From positions 186,001-250,000 of the forward strand of contig CP120454.1 in NCBI GenBank assembly GCA_034226945.1: a stretch of 64,000 nucleotides of DNA, read 5' to 3'. The notes under the pieces are model-generated. The model saw only the letters and a list, made by a program, of their open reading frames with translations, had not been told where the DNA came from and did no database searches. Within the stretch, counting starts at the first letter, position 1; each line of letters starts with the position of its first letter. The position numbers and the translations under genes were made by a program. This DNA is from Picochlorum sp. SENEW3. Lineage: Eukaryota. This document shows positions 11,110-20,814 of the stretch, in pieces.

Positions 11110-13551
11110 TTAAATATCGAGTTCGTCAAATTGGTACTCTTTACCATGGGCTTCGATCAACTCTCGACGAGGCCCCACCTTGTCTCCCATGAGCAAGGTT
11201 AGCATGTGGGATGCTTCTGCGGCATCATCCACGGTCAGTCGCTTTAGCATTCTGCTATCAGGATCCATTGTTGTGCTCCATAGTTGATCTGGCATCATTT
11301 CACCCAGACCCTTGAACCTTTGAATGCTGTACGAGTCTGGAGGCAAGTCTTTGGTGGCACGCTCAAGTTCTTCTTCACTGTTGCAGTATTTTGTCACCTT
11401 TTTTGCACCAGAGCCGAGTTCTAGGCGATATAATGGTGGCATGCCGACGAATATGTGTCCATTTTCGAATAGTTTGCGTTGATATCGGAACAAGAATGTG
11501 AGGAGGAGGGTTCGGATGTGGGCTCCATCGACATCTGCATCTGTCAGGATGATGATCTTTCCATATCTGAGGCTGTCCAAATCCTCTCCTTTTAGTCCCA
11601 GTCCGAGGCCGACGATGAGGCTGCTGATCTCATTATTTTTGTACAGCTTGGCGTCATCATGCCTTTCGGCGTTCAATATTTTACCCCTGAGGGGTAAAAT
11701 GGCTTGAAACCTTCTGTCACGTGCCTGCTTGGCAGACCCACCAGCAGAGTCTCCTTCGACAAGGAAAATTTCGCATTCATCCTTGAGGGAGGACGAGCAA
11801 TCAGCAAGTTTTCCTGGTAATGTGCTTTTGGTCAGAACGGACTTGCGTCGCACGAGATCTCGAGCTTTCTTGGCAGCTTCAGCAGCCTTGTATGCTTGGA
11901 GTGCTTTGCTCAGAACGGCATTTAAAATATTTGACTGCTCCTCGAGTGCCTCTGTGACGCATGTACTCACAGCATTATCCACAATTTTTCTAACTTCTGG
12001 GTTACCGAGGCGAGTCTTTGTTTGGCCTTCGAATTCGGGAGATGGAACTTTGACAGAGACAACTGCACCAAGGCCTTCTCTGATATGGTCTCCAGAAAGA
12101 TTGGGATCATTGTCTTTGAGAGCTTTTGTTTTTCTCCCGAGTGAATTGACGGTACGTGTCAAAGCACTCTTGAAACCATCCATATGAGTTCCTCCATCGA
12201 TGGTTTTAATGGAATTCACAAACCCAATGAGGGTGTCACTAAAGGCATCAGAGCACCACTGCAGGGATACATCTACTTGAATATCTCCGTCTGTGCGGGA
12301 GAAGAATATTGGTTCGTGTGCGCTGATACGATCTCTATTGATATGCTTGACGTATTCTGACAAGCCTCCTGAAAAGTGAAATAGTTCCCATCCATCAGCA
12401 TCCCCTGGGGTGATGGTTGCCAGTGCCTCCTCAGCATCAGACTCTGGTTCTTCAACAGCAGATGCTGCATCCTTTTTAGAGTCCTTTCTTGCGTGCTGTT
12501 TCCCAGAGTAATTTTTTGCTCGGAAATGAATGGTCGCTTGTGGATTTAAAAACGCCAATTCTCGAAGCCTAGAACGAATAGTCTCTGGATCAAATGTTGC
12601 CGTAGAGGAGAATATTGAATCATCATACAGAAACCTGACTCTCGTCCCTTTCCTATCTCCATCATCGTGCGTATCGCTCATCTCTAATTGAGAAGCAGCT
12701 TCTCCCTGGGCAAAGTTTTGATCGTATCGCTTTCCATCGCGCCACACTGTCACATGCATTTTCCTGGACAAGGCATTCACCACAGACACACCCACTCCAT
12801 GCAACCCCCCTGACACTGCATACCCACTGGAATCTCCACCAAACTTTCCTCCCGCATGCAACACAGTCAACACTGTCTCTAATGCAGATTTTCCGGTAAC
12901 TGGATGAATATCCGTGGGGATGCCACGCCCATTATCCCGAATCATAATCCAGTTTGTCTCCATATCCATTTCCACCCACACGGTATCTGCATGCCCTGCC
13001 TGCACCTCATCAATCGCATTATCCAGAATTTCGTAAATCAGATGATGAAGCCCACGTTGACCTGTACTTCCAATATACATGCCTGGCCTCTTTCTCACAG
13101 GATCCAATCCCTGCAATACTTGAATTTGTGTTGCATCATAGGCATCGCTTGCAAAACCTCGCCCATCAATCTGCTCCATTGACTGCATCGTCGTCACCGT
13201 CGATCGAATACCTTGTCCATACACGACGGAACGATAGGGATTCTCTGTAGCACCAAATACAACGCCCCCCATGGCTCCTGACTTTGCAACACAACCGCCC
13301 CTGCTATTCCTCCTCCAATTTTCACCATCGACGGCGCTGGAGTGCACCCGCATGCAATAACTACTACCACCATGATCATTATATCTATGGCTTTTCATCC
13401 GTATGTCCCTCCTCCACAATGATGGTGGTAATGCCATGCCTTGTACTCTACTCCAAGTTCGCCGAAGCATCCCTTCCCTTTGATTGCGTATTGACAATAT
13501 ACTACCTTTTGCCTTTTCTGATACTGTGTTGGCGCAATGGTCGAGAAGCAT
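11110..13551 (-). CDS. gyrB: DNA gyrase subunit B, organellar
   Basis: [66 protein letters not shown] and QRFKGLGEM. Long targeting extension; first in-frame ATG is at 13551, true start uncertain. Confidence 0.97.
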   Translation of the reverse strand: MLLDHCANTVSEKAKGSILSIRNQREGMLRRTWSRVQGMALPPSLWRRDIRMKSHRYNDHGGSSYCMRVHSSAVDGENWRRNSRGGCVAKSGAMGGVVFGATENPYRSVVYGQGIRSTVTTMQSMEQIDGRGFASDAYDATQIQVLQGLDPVRKRPGMYIGSTGQRGLHHLIYEILDNAIDEVQAGHADTVWVEMDMETNWIMIRDNGRGIPTDIHPVTGKSALETVLTVLHAGGKFGGDSSGYAVSGGLHGVGVSVVNALSRKMHVTVWRDGKRYDQNFAQGEAASQLEMSDTHDDGDRKGTRVRFLYDDSIFSSTATFDPETIRSRLRELAFLNPQATIHFRAKNYSGKQHARKDSKKDAASAVEEPESDAEEALATITPGDADGWELFHFSGGLSEYVKHINRDRISAHEPIFFSRTDGDIQVDVSLQWCSDAFSDTLIGFVNSIKTIDGGTHMDGFKSALTRTVNSLGRKTKALKDNDPNLSGDHIREGLGAVVSVKVPSPEFEGQTKTRLGNPEVRKIVDNAVSTCVTEALEEQSNILNAVLSKALQAYKAAEAAKKARDLVRRKSVLTKSTLPGKLADCSSSLKDECEIFLVEGDSAGGSAKQARDRRFQAILPLRGKILNAERHDDAKLYKNNEISSLIVGLGLGLKGEDLDSLRYGKIIILTDADVDGAHIRTLLLTFLFRYQRKLFENGHIFVGMPPLYRLELGSGAKKVTKYCNSEEELERATKDLPPDSYSIQRFKGLGEMMPDQLWSTTMDPDSRMLKRLTVDDAAEASHMLTLLMGDKVGPRRELIEAHGKEYQFDELDI

Positions 13552-13895
13552 GCCTATACGAGCAGAAAAAGAAACTAGTTCTCTACCTTTAAAAATTGAT
13601 TGGAATGCAGTCAAAATTGACAAATACTGATGCCGATGTGCTCGTAAGAAACCATTTCAATTTTTCAATTGCACCATGTGTGTGCTTGCATGCAAGTATG
13701 TGGTTGATGGGGCCGATCCTTGGGATTTCCGAATTCGGCCTCTTCTTTTTTTCGAAAGGATGGAAACGATGGCACATCTCGCCTGGAGACAAACAAGCGA
13801 TCCGACAAGACTGACACGCGCAATACGATTACTATAAATACAAGTAACGTATTTCATGGGATTAGTAGTAGCAGTAGACGTGGGTGCGACGTAGG

Positions 13896-14535
13896 ATGAA
13901 GAAGAAGTTACTTGGGTGTCAGAAGAAGGAGAAGAAGAAGAAAAAAGGAGGGGTGAAATGGTGCGTGATGCCAAGGAGTGGTCTTGATGGTGATCAAAAC
14001 AATTATTGAGTGGCTGTGAATGCAGGGATGAGAGTAATTTGGAGGAGAATGAGCGTATTAAGCGTGAATTGAACCCCACCAAAATTGATGAACCCAAGAC
14101 TCCATATTATCAAAGTGCCTGCGAGGACGAGACGGATGAAGGCGCTTCTTTGGAAATGTCGCCATTGTCATTATCTGATGATGCTGGAACCTCTGATCCC
14201 GGAAGAAGAACCATGGGGGTGAGGATATTTGAGGAGCATTTGGGTGGTGGTGATGATGAGGAGATGGAAGATGAGGAGGAGGATGCTGAGAAGAAGAAGA
14301 AATTCGTGGAGGCAAGGCGGATGCATTATAAATTTAGCAAGGATATACTGTGCGTTTCTTCATCATGATGATGATATGATACACGAAATGATTGTGGTTG
14401 TCTGTGTTTTGGTTGAACTCTAGTCAGCACACTGTGTACTACTGACTGTCGTCTTCTTGATGGTGATGCAGGACTAGCACATTCCCTCATGAGGAGGAAG
14501 AGTACAACGAAGAAGGAAAAGAAGAACAAGGCTAG
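13896..14535 (+). CDS. Protein phosphatase 1 inhibitor-2
   Basis: Spliced VKWDESNL (intron 13961-14025), KIDEPKTPY and FVEARRMHY. A probable second intron 14350-14471 leads to an acidic tail. Confidence 0.85.
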
Positions 14536-14559
14536 CGTGTCTTGGATCACTTTTTTTTC

Positions 14560-16179
14560 TTACACACTCCAATACTCGTTGACTAATATTTTAGCTTGCT
14601 CTTTACTCGTACCATCTACACCTTCATGATATTGCACTTCTTCAAGGGCCTTGATACCCCCAGCATGTTCAATAACCTCTTTGCCCTTTGGCAAATACTG
14701 TAACATCATTTTGACAAACTGTATACCAAGTTCGATACTATCTTTATGTGCCGCTTTCATGAGTGAAAGCATCTTGACAATAGCAACCTCGTCTCCAGCA
14801 AAGAGGTGATTCAGGAGTTCACCTGGATCCTTTTCAGCTGAGCAAATACTAATGAGGACACCTGCTGCTTCCTTCTTCACATGAAAAGGCTCCTCTTTTA
14901 GATACTTTTTAAGCAATGGAATCGCGGATGATTTTTTCACAAACATGGCCGGAGCGTGCCCCAATTGACATATACCTCTCAAAGCCCATGCAACTTCTCG
15001 TTCAACCCCATACTGTTTTGTGCTGCCACACATGACAATGACATCAATAGCATCATACCCTGGATCAGAAGAAAAAAACTCCTCCGCCTCTGGTCCCGCA
15101 TACGACGCAATATTACCAAACACCCTCAGTATTGGTATCAAGACAGACACGTCCTCCCCCTGACAGGTATCAAGGATTACTCGCAGCTGCATTGCCTCTG
15201 CATCCAGAATAGATCTACGCTGATCCTCAGATATACGATGCACAGAGCAAGAACAAGTCACTCTAGATAATAGCCACGACGTCTCCTGAACCAGCGCAAC
15301 AGGCGCAATCTGAGACGTCAGCACAGTCATGACAGCCTCCATGGCCCCATCAATCTCAAAAAAGGCATTCACCTCCTCACCCTCCCCTTTGAACAATATA
15401 CTCAGCGCCCATGCTGCAGTTTCTCCCGCCGATAACCCCTCCTTATCCAATTTACTCTCTTTTCCTTGCTTTAACGACGCACACGCGCGAGTGAACAGTC
15501 TAATCAATGGCTTGACAGCCCCATTTGCAATCAAAATAGCCCTATACTCTACATCCTCTTCCCCCATATTCCCAATCGCCCACGCACACTGCTCTGCCAT
15601 TGCAAACCCTCCATCACCCCCAATATGCGCAATCAATATAGGCGCAGCTGGAATGATGGCTTCCACCACCTGTGATGTTCCCACCGCCAAGTTGGTTAAT
15701 GCCCAAGACGCCTGAAACGTCATCTCAAGCGCCACAGAGTCCATCTGAGGAGGCTGCAATGCTTCAATCAGCACAGGAATCGCCCCAGACTCTACCGCAA
15801 TCTTATACGGAGGTTCCTCATAGGTGGAAAGAATGTGTCGCAACTGATGCACAGCGTTAAGATGAGTCTTCCCACCCACAGGCCTGGCCTCCTGAATATC
15901 CCTCACCGCTCCTTCCAAATCCTTCCGTATTTGATCCTCCTCAACCTTTCTATCAACATCAACATCCTCACTCATAACAATATTGGTCGCATTCTCGTCA
16001 TTCGACACGTCGAACGGTTTCGTTGCATCTGACGTGGGTTCCCCCACCGTGGCCTTTGGACATTGAATACTCGCAGCACTCGGATCCCTCCGCAACCGCT
16101 TTCCCCTATTCGGTATAACAGAACTAACTACTCTATCGTGATCATCGAACTCATGCTCTCTCTTCTTCTTGTTCGCCAT
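14560..16179 (-). CDS. Importin-alpha-like armadillo-repeat protein
   Basis: FQASWALTNLAVG, EQCAWAIGN, TAAWALS, LRVFGNI and FHVKKEAA ARM repeats. Confidence 0.85.
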   Translation of the reverse strand: MANKKKREHEFDDHDRVVSSVIPNRGKRLRRDPSAASIQCPKATVGEPTSDATKPFDVSNDENATNIVMSEDVDVDRKVEEDQIRKDLEGAVRDIQEARPVGGKTHLNAVHQLRHILSTYEEPPYKIAVESGAIPVLIEALQPPQMDSVALEMTFQASWALTNLAVGTSQVVEAIIPAAPILIAHIGGDGGFAMAEQCAWAIGNMGEEDVEYRAILIANGAVKPLIRLFTRACASLKQGKESKLDKEGLSAGETAAWALSILFKGEGEEVNAFFEIDGAMEAVMTVLTSQIAPVALVQETSWLLSRVTCSCSVHRISEDQRRSILDAEAMQLRVILDTCQGEDVSVLIPILRVFGNIASYAGPEAEEFFSSDPGYDAIDVIVMCGSTKQYGVEREVAWALRGICQLGHAPAMFVKKSSAIPLLKKYLKEEPFHVKKEAAGVLISICSAEKDPGELLNHLFAGDEVAIVKMLSLMKAAHKDSIELGIQFVKMMLQYLPKGKEVIEHAGGIKALEEVQYHEGVDGTSKEQAKILVNEYWSV

Positions 16180-16327
16180 AGGGTTTGACATGTTTCGAAA
16201 CCGATACCAGAATTCCCGATACTCTTCTACTGTGTATTCTGTATTTACACACTGTATTTAATACATGCAAATTTATGAATAAAAATAACCACAGTGTGGG
16301 CTATATATGCATGGTTATGGCACTGAG

Positions 16328-17668
16328 TCAATCCTCATCCTGCCCTGACGACATGTCCTGGACAACATGGGCCTTGCTGCGTCTCTTGCGCAGCACTGGC
16401 TGGGAGAGATTAGTAGTATGCGTATCATTGCCGCGTTTCTTTGGACGTCCAACAGTAGATCGACGCCACCAATCCTCCTCACGCCCAAGAAGTTGCGCCA
16501 CTGGGCCATTCAGCATATCAATAGCCTTTTGCTTGGAGTCATTCTTTCCATTTCTGGCCATGCAGATTTTACCATTTATCCAAGACCCCAAACGGCTCTC
16601 TTCATTCAAAACTGCTGGTCTATACTGTGGCCTTGGGCACTCAAACACGCCACTGTCAGCCTCCGACCATTGAGCTTCTTGTTTCTTCTGTCCCACCCAA
16701 GCTGATAACCTCTCCAGTCTCTCTGACTCTGGGATTCGTGATCGTCTCTTCCCCACTGATTTGTGATCTGACCCATGTTCCCTCATTTTCCTCGAGTGGG
16801 TCGCTCCTCCTTTTGGCTCTGGAGTCACCACGGTCGTCTTCTCAGAAGAAGCTTCTGCGTGTTGATGGCAGCCCAAGAGATTATACGGATCCTCATCTCC
16901 ATACACACTGACATACTCATCATACAATGTCGTCATCTCACCCGGGGTTGTCGAGGCCAGTCTATTGCTCAGCGACGATATATATTCATCAAGTTTGTAG
17001 CGCTCCATAGGATTGGATGCAGCATCCCCCAAAACCGCCTTCTTCAGACCAGGTGTCATCATGTCCTTTGGAGATTGAGATACCTGTCTCGTTGCAGGAT
17101 TATATTCACACTCGCGCAGAATACAATGTATCACTCGCTTTTTATACTGCATACAGTACATGGATGATATTATAATACTAGGTCGTCATGGATATGGAGA
17201 TGGAATCACATCTGCAGAAGAAAAATCGGGACATACCTCATTTTTCAAGGACACTGGACGCCTACTTCCCCCTGAAAGAATACCTTCTTCAAGCCTTTGT
17301 GCTTGTCTTGCTGATTGTTCTTCTTCTTCTCGTTGCTCTTCCTCCGAGTCGGAATCTTCCTCCGAGTCCTCTTCTTCTTCCAACTCGGAATCTTCTTCCG
17401 ACTCGGAATCTTCTTCCTCCACGTCATGGGTATGCGTAGGGTTTTCCCGAGCCAGCTGCTGAGAAAAGTTTTGACAAAACAATCGTGCCACACGCACTGA
17501 AGAATCGTTGTTATCCATTTCTAAAATATTTCTGTATATATCGTAAAATTTGTCTGCATGTATAAGCGACATTCCTTCCAAAAGCCGCACCATATCGCGG
17601 TCGTCCTCCGTCGCTGCTGAAACGAGCAGCAACCGGACCTCTGCGTCACATTTTCTTCGTAATGGCAT
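16328..17668 (-). CDS. Hypothetical protein with an acidic tract
   Basis: Two ORFs can be joined by phase-0 intron 17147-17236 (SLKNE|YKKR). E/D/S-rich repeat; no family recognised. Confidence 0.55.
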
Positions 17669-17959
17669 AGTCACTCATAAAAAAATTCTCATGTACTATG
17701 CGAATTCGTAGAATAAGATTTGGGTCACTCTTGGCAAGGACTGGCCGAGTCAACGAATCTCGGCGCCCTGTACCCCCCTTTTAAAACCCAAATGTTGATT
17801 TGAGCCTGTACAGGCTCTCGTCTGAAGGGAAGGAGGATGAACTCTCTCCTCCTCCTCTCCATAAAGAGTGAGGAGAGGCCTAAAAGAAACAAAAGGAGAA
17901 GGGAACTACGACGACGCACATTGTCAAATTCATACTCTCATATAAGAAATAACAGAGGT

Positions 17960-18730
17960 ATGCTGTCCATACGATGCACCAGCAAGGGTGTGAGTCATCA
18001 TCGTGTGGCTCACATGTCTGGACATGGTCCTAATTTTGGGCAGAGAATGTGTGTCTGTCACGCTGTCTCAGAGGTTCATCACGCGATTAAACGGCCTACG
18101 AATGATGATGTTCAGAGACTTTCCATGGGGAAAGCGTCAAAATCTGAACGTGGTTGGGGGAGTCGACAAGTGTGCCATAGACTGAACCAAGAGGAACGGA
18201 AAGCGTATGATATTGCGTTGCAAAAGGGGTATTTGACTCTGAAAGGGACTGGGTATAGGAAGGAACGGAAAGGAAGTCCCCTCGCGAATATATATAGGCA
18301 GTATTGTGATGCTCGTGATATGCTCTGTGTGAATGTGTTGCTTCGGCAGCATGGTGGGCAGCAGGGAGATGTGGTGCTGGCGGATATGACACCAAAGAGG
18401 AGATGGATGCGAGACGGTGAGAATAGTCATACAGTGGTGGTAGATTCTACTATGAAGGAGGCGATTGAGCGAGGCGTGGATGATGTCATCAAGGCAGAGG
18501 GGTGGGAGGCATCCAGAGTGGAGTGTACAAGGGATATGACCCCATGGACTGTACTCTTGCCACCGTTTCTGCTGCTCGATGATGATAATGAAGAATATGA
18601 TGTATTAGAACATTACAGTCAAGCACCCATGTGGCAGATTCCACCCCATGTGCTTGCCTATTCTGTGGCATCCAGGCCAGAGGCAAAGGCACTGGCTGCT
18701 GCCATGAAAGAGCATATATTTATTTCATAA
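17960..18730 (+). CDS. Hypothetical protein, probably organelle-targeted
   Basis: 257-aa ORF from MLSIRC with a transit-peptide-like start. Globular-looking core HRLNQEERKAYDIA...GYRKERKGSPLANIYRQYCDA. Confidence 0.6.
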   Translation: MLSIRCTSKGVSHHRVAHMSGHGPNFGQRMCVCHAVSEVHHAIKRPTNDDVQRLSMGKASKSERGWGSRQVCHRLNQEERKAYDIALQKGYLTLKGTGYRKERKGSPLANIYRQYCDARDMLCVNVLLRQHGGQQGDVVLADMTPKRRWMRDGENSHTVVVDSTMKEAIERGVDDVIKAEGWEASRVECTRDMTPWTVLLPPFLLLDDDNEEYDVLEHYSQAPMWQIPPHVLAYSVASRPEAKALAAAMKEHIFIS

Positions 18731-19727
18731 ATTTATAATGCGATAAGCATTCAACAATGCCTGCAGGGCCGTCTTTCGACGCAAAAAACATGTTTGTATT
18801 TTCCTTGCCATGCGCATCATACCATTGCCGCAATTCCTGGTGTGCATTTGCAACAATACATCCATGCACATGGGGTACTTCAAAAAGCTCAATATCATTC
18901 CCACTGTCTCCACATACCACTACTGCATCGACTTTGTCGCTCATCTGCACCTCACCCTTGTCATCCCGTGTATGGACTCCAAGCTGCTCCAGTAAAAAAG
19001 CCAGTGCCTTGCCTTTACTGGCCCTCTGAGGGAGAATGTCCAAATCAACACTGCCGGAATAAATGACATTTGCAGCGATCCCTTTCGCATCCAAGGCCCC
19101 GCGCAACCCATCTATCGCTTTTTGTATGTGTTCTGCATTGTCTCCATGCACTTTATACGACACTTTATGCGGCCTCTGCTCTGTCTCCTGCTGCAATGTG
19201 AATTGCACCCCATCCACATGGCATGCCTCCACCACAGACAACACCATATTCCTATCCCACCCTTGCCCATCCAAGTATGATTCCCACGCCTCATCCGTCT
19301 TGCTCATATGATCCACCAAGATCTCTGTCCCGACTGAACAGACGAGCACATCAGGTTGAAGCAGTGGTACGTGCTCTGCCAGCTCTCGATACAACACTGG
19401 CGATCTCCCCGAGGAAAATATCAGCGTTGACCCTGTCGTTGAGAATTGGGTCTTCCATATCTCATTAAATGCACGCAAATCGCGATGATCAGGGTCGTGA
19501 TGGTTCACCATGGTCCAATCCAAATCAGACACGAGAATGACCTTTGATGAACCCTCCTGCTCTTCCGCCATACTGCTCCGCGATCTGAATGAATTTTTAT
19601 GATGTAAATCTAATCCTGAGTGCCTTGGCGTGTATAATGAAGGGAATAACCGTGGAAGACACGTGGTTTTAACCTGAAACACAGGGCTTGTGCGTTGACA
19701 AGAGAAACAACCCGAGACACCCACCAT
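18720..19727 (-). CDS. SPP: Sucrose-phosphate phosphatase (HAD IIB family)
   Basis: LVSDLDWTMV, FSSGRS, CSVGTEI, EQRPHKVSY, DLDILPQRASKGKAL and CGDSGNDIELF. Confidence 0.9.
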   Translation of the reverse strand: MVGVSGCFSCQRTSPVFQVKTTCLPRLFPSLYTPRHSGLDLHHKNSFRSRSSMAEEQEGSSKVILVSDLDWTMVNHHDPDHRDLRAFNEIWKTQFSTTGSTLIFSSGRSPVLYRELAEHVPLLQPDVLVCSVGTEILVDHMSKTDEAWESYLDGQGWDRNMVLSVVEACHVDGVQFTLQQETEQRPHKVSYKVHGDNAEHIQKAIDGLRGALDAKGIAANVIYSGSVDLDILPQRASKGKALAFLLEQLGVHTRDDKGEVQMSDKVDAVVVCGDSGNDIELFEVPHVHGCIVANAHQELRQWYDAHGKENTNMFFASKDGPAGIVECLSHYKFMK

Positions 19728-20100
19728 CCACTGTGTGCGTTTATTGTGGATGCATATTTTATATGTAATGCTCCAGTAATCGTCATCAGCAGATGACGAT
19801 GAGGGTGGGTTTCCTCCAAATGAAAATGGTATTTATTGTTCTATTCAAGGACTCGGATGGACATGCAGACATGTGTACAACAAGACCGAGGCATCGCAGT
19901 AGGATTTCCTAATATTTTTCCAAATATACCACCTGCGTCTCTTTGTGATAGAAGAGGTACGACTGCACCGACCAATACTACTGCTAGAATAATAAAATCG
20001 AGTCGATCGATCAATCAGGTCGTCTCGATTCAGACGAGATGTTCTCAACACACACGTACATGATTCCATGCAGATTTATTTAATACATATATAGGGGACT

Positions 20101-20283
20101 ATGGCACCAGTTGGAACGAGAGGGGCCCGCAAGGCTCCTGCTACAGCAGCTGCAGCTGCAGCCAGTTACTATGGAGAAGAGAGCACGCTGATTGAATTAT
20201 CACCTGAGCAGGTCATGTACTTGGCTATTGGATTCATTATTGTTGTCTTCATCTTGCATATATTTGGAAAATTGGCTGCATGA
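20101..20283 (+). CDS. SEC61B: Protein translocon subunit Sec61 beta
   Basis: 60 aa: YYGEES...LSPEQVMYLAIGFIIVVFILHIFGKL. Confidence 0.88.
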   Translation: MAPVGTRGARKAPATAAAAAASYYGEESTLIELSPEQVMYLAIGFIIVVFILHIFGKLAA

Positions 20284-20814
20284 GAAGAGAGATTGGTTGT
20301 TTGGTAGTTTTTCAAAACATATCAGGATACCTTGTTCTTTGACGTATTGTAACGCGACCTCATTCATGATGTACTTGTGTACGTATGACGTGGTTGTGAT
20401 TGATTTATGTATGTATGTACATCTATCGATACACGACTGTCTCCCTCCTGATCGGCTACTGATGATCTGCTTGGTCTTTGTTCATTCCTCTAAGCCTTCT
20501 CTTGAAGAGAGTTGGGAATGGCATTTGGAAAGGAAGAAGACAATGCGTACAGATCTGAGAAGCCATTCTGTGCTCCCGCATACACAATTCGATATTCAAG
20601 AACATTAAAATTGATTTTGTTTGCTAGGATTCGAAAGACGACTGTCCAGAATACTATTTGCGAACACGGGACATGGGCGATTCTTGAGCATTGGCGCTTT
20701 TGTTGTCAGAGGAGAGGATTGGAGACACACTGACCGAGATTTCATATAGAAGTTAGTATTTCTATCAATATAATGCATTGAAGATAGGATTGGTCGTGGT
20801 AGGTGAGAGGAAGA

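Noticed and set aside
11110..13551. gyrB, dapB, ispF and tatA as bacterial contamination or recent HGT
   Set aside because: They have targeting extensions and lie among intron-containing eukaryotic genes; they are expected endosymbiont-derived nuclear genes.
14350..14471. ATGATGA...CTGA inside the inhibitor-2 intron
   Set aside because: The TGATGA is part of a (GAT)n run and CTGAC is the likely branch point.
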